Notes under the pieces: model-generated
What the model was told of the DNA's origin: nothing
What the model saw: only the letters and a program-made list of their open reading frames with translations
Databases searched by the model: none
Translations under genes and position numbers: made by a program
Assembly (NCBI GenBank): GCA_045628495.1
Contig: JAZQPL010000072.1
Location: 41,118-105,117 of the forward strand
Length of the DNA stretch: 64,000 nt
Origin: Acutalibacteraceae bacterium
GTDB lineage: Bacteria > Bacillota > Clostridia > Oscillospirales > Acutalibacteraceae
Direction of reading: 5' to 3'
Shown: positions 63,124-64,000 of the stretch, one piece after another
How the letters are laid out: the number at the start of each line of letters is the position of its first letter
Position numbering within the stretch: the stretch's first letter is position 1

Positions 63124-64000
63124 TTACGAGCAGTGACAAAAAAAGTCCCAAGGCGAAAAAAGCCGTAAAAGGGAAAAAGTCAGTTAATCAGATAGTAGCA
63201 ATTATTCTTTGTGTTGTTGTTTTTTCATATATCGGTTATAACGCTTTTGCATATTCGTATTCTCCTGTTTCATCAATAACTCTTACAGAAAAAACAGAAT
63301 TTGAACAGACTTTTGAATTTGACGGATTTGTTGTAAGAGATGAAGAAGAGATTTCAAACACCGCAAACGGAGCAATAATTCCTCTTATCAGAGACGGAAA
63401 AAGAGTTGCGAACGGAGACTCTATAGCAGTTGTCTGCAATGATGAAAGTCAGGCGGTTGATTATAAAAAGCTCGAAAATGCAAAGGAGGAGCTTCAAAGA
63501 TATCAGAGCCTGAATAACAGCGACGGATTACAGGATATAAGCGCAGAAAAGTTAAATTCAGAAATATCTGCCGCATACAGTTCTGTTATGGACAGTGTTA
63601 CATCCTGCAATTTTGACGGGCTTGATGATGCTTTAACTCAATTTGCACAGAAAAGTATTACAAAACAAATGCTTGCTGACGGCAGTGTAAATGTAACCAA
63701 GAAAATTACCGAGATTCAAAACGAAATAAAAACAATCGAAAATAAAAATATCAAAGTATCACCCATAAGTGCGCCTGATTCGGGATATTATGTTAATTCT
63801 CTTGACGGATACGAAAACACTTTGAGCTATGATGATGTTTTGACTTTAACGCCGGATAAAATAAACAGTGCGCTGGAATCAGATGCCGGACCGGTTAAAG
63901 ACGGTTCATTGGGCAAACTGGTGGTCAGTTATCGCTGGTATGTTGTGGGCATTGTTGATTCAGAGTATTCAACAGAATTTTCGGGCGGTGGTAAAGTAAC
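63123..64000 (+). CDS. HlyD-like/membrane-fusion-type protein with N-terminal signal anchor (partial; start codon unresolved)
   Basis: An open frame runs from 63081 to the window edge and is absent from the track. It has a basic N-tail (SSDKKSPKAKKAVKGKK), a TM (IVAIILCVVVFSYIGYNAFA), a beta-rich lipoyl-like segment (DGFVVRDEEEI...DGKRVANGDSIAVV) and then a coiled coil. There is no ATG, GTG, TTG or CTG in frame upstream of or within the TM segment. ATT at 63123 is a guess. Confidence 0.4.
   Translation, partial: MTSSDKKSPKAKKAVKGKKSVNQIVAIILCVVVFSYIGYNAFAYSYSPVSSITLTEKTEFEQTFEFDGFVVRDEEEISNTANGAIIPLIRDGKRVANGDSIAVVCNDESQAVDYKKLENAKEELQRYQSLNNSDGLQDISAEKLNSEISAAYSSVMDSVTSCNFDGLDDALTQFAQKSITKQMLADGSVNVTKKITEIQNEIKTIENKNIKVSPISAPDSGYYVNSLDGYENTLSYDDVLTLTPDKINSALESDAGPVKDGSLGKLVVSYRWYVVGIVDSEYSTEFSGGGKV

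Overview
This is a chromosomal segment from a low-GC Firmicute of class Clostridia. A dockerin-bearing protein and a (S/P)PxTG sortase-B substrate suggest a Ruminococcus/Oscillospiraceae-like organism. I found no rRNA, tRNA, CRISPR array, integrase or transposase.

Left part (1-13.6 kb, minus strand): partial patatin-like lipase, KH-protein/rpsP/ffh/ylxM operon, a split aconitase-X pair, a wall-polysaccharide block (TIM-barrel isomerase, GT2, TagGH/Wzm-Wzt-like ABC exporter) and a heterodimeric ABC exporter.

Centre (13.85-36.1 kb): 17 tightly packed plus-strand genes that I read as a single accessory system and the most interesting feature of the window. It holds a SipW/TasA-type secreted-fibre locus of unusual complexity: four SipW-like ER-type signal peptidases and at least six proteins with TFAWF-type signal peptides, including two tandem putative major subunits. 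It also holds a 2674-aa GLUG/beta-helix giant protein with no recognisable anchor, three type-II membrane-anchored accessory proteins and a degenerate stand-alone EAL domain protein. Embedded in it is a membrane-anchored McrB-like AAA+ NTPase paired with a nuclease-less McrC-like protein that carries a ~350-residue E/K/R-rich predicted single alpha-helix encoded by tandem repeats.

Right part (36.1-64 kb): mostly housekeeping genes (QueG-like Fe-S protein, rny, lepA, hemW, miaB, ylbF-like, mutS, mutL, miaA). Smaller oddities there are a sortase-B operon with a 72-aa minimal SPNTG substrate, an LCP enzyme with a natural poly-His (SSGSSHHHH)n cytoplasmic tail, and tandem paralogous secreted proteins, one with a dockerin.

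All family assignments come from motif recognition by eye and need HMM or structure confirmation.
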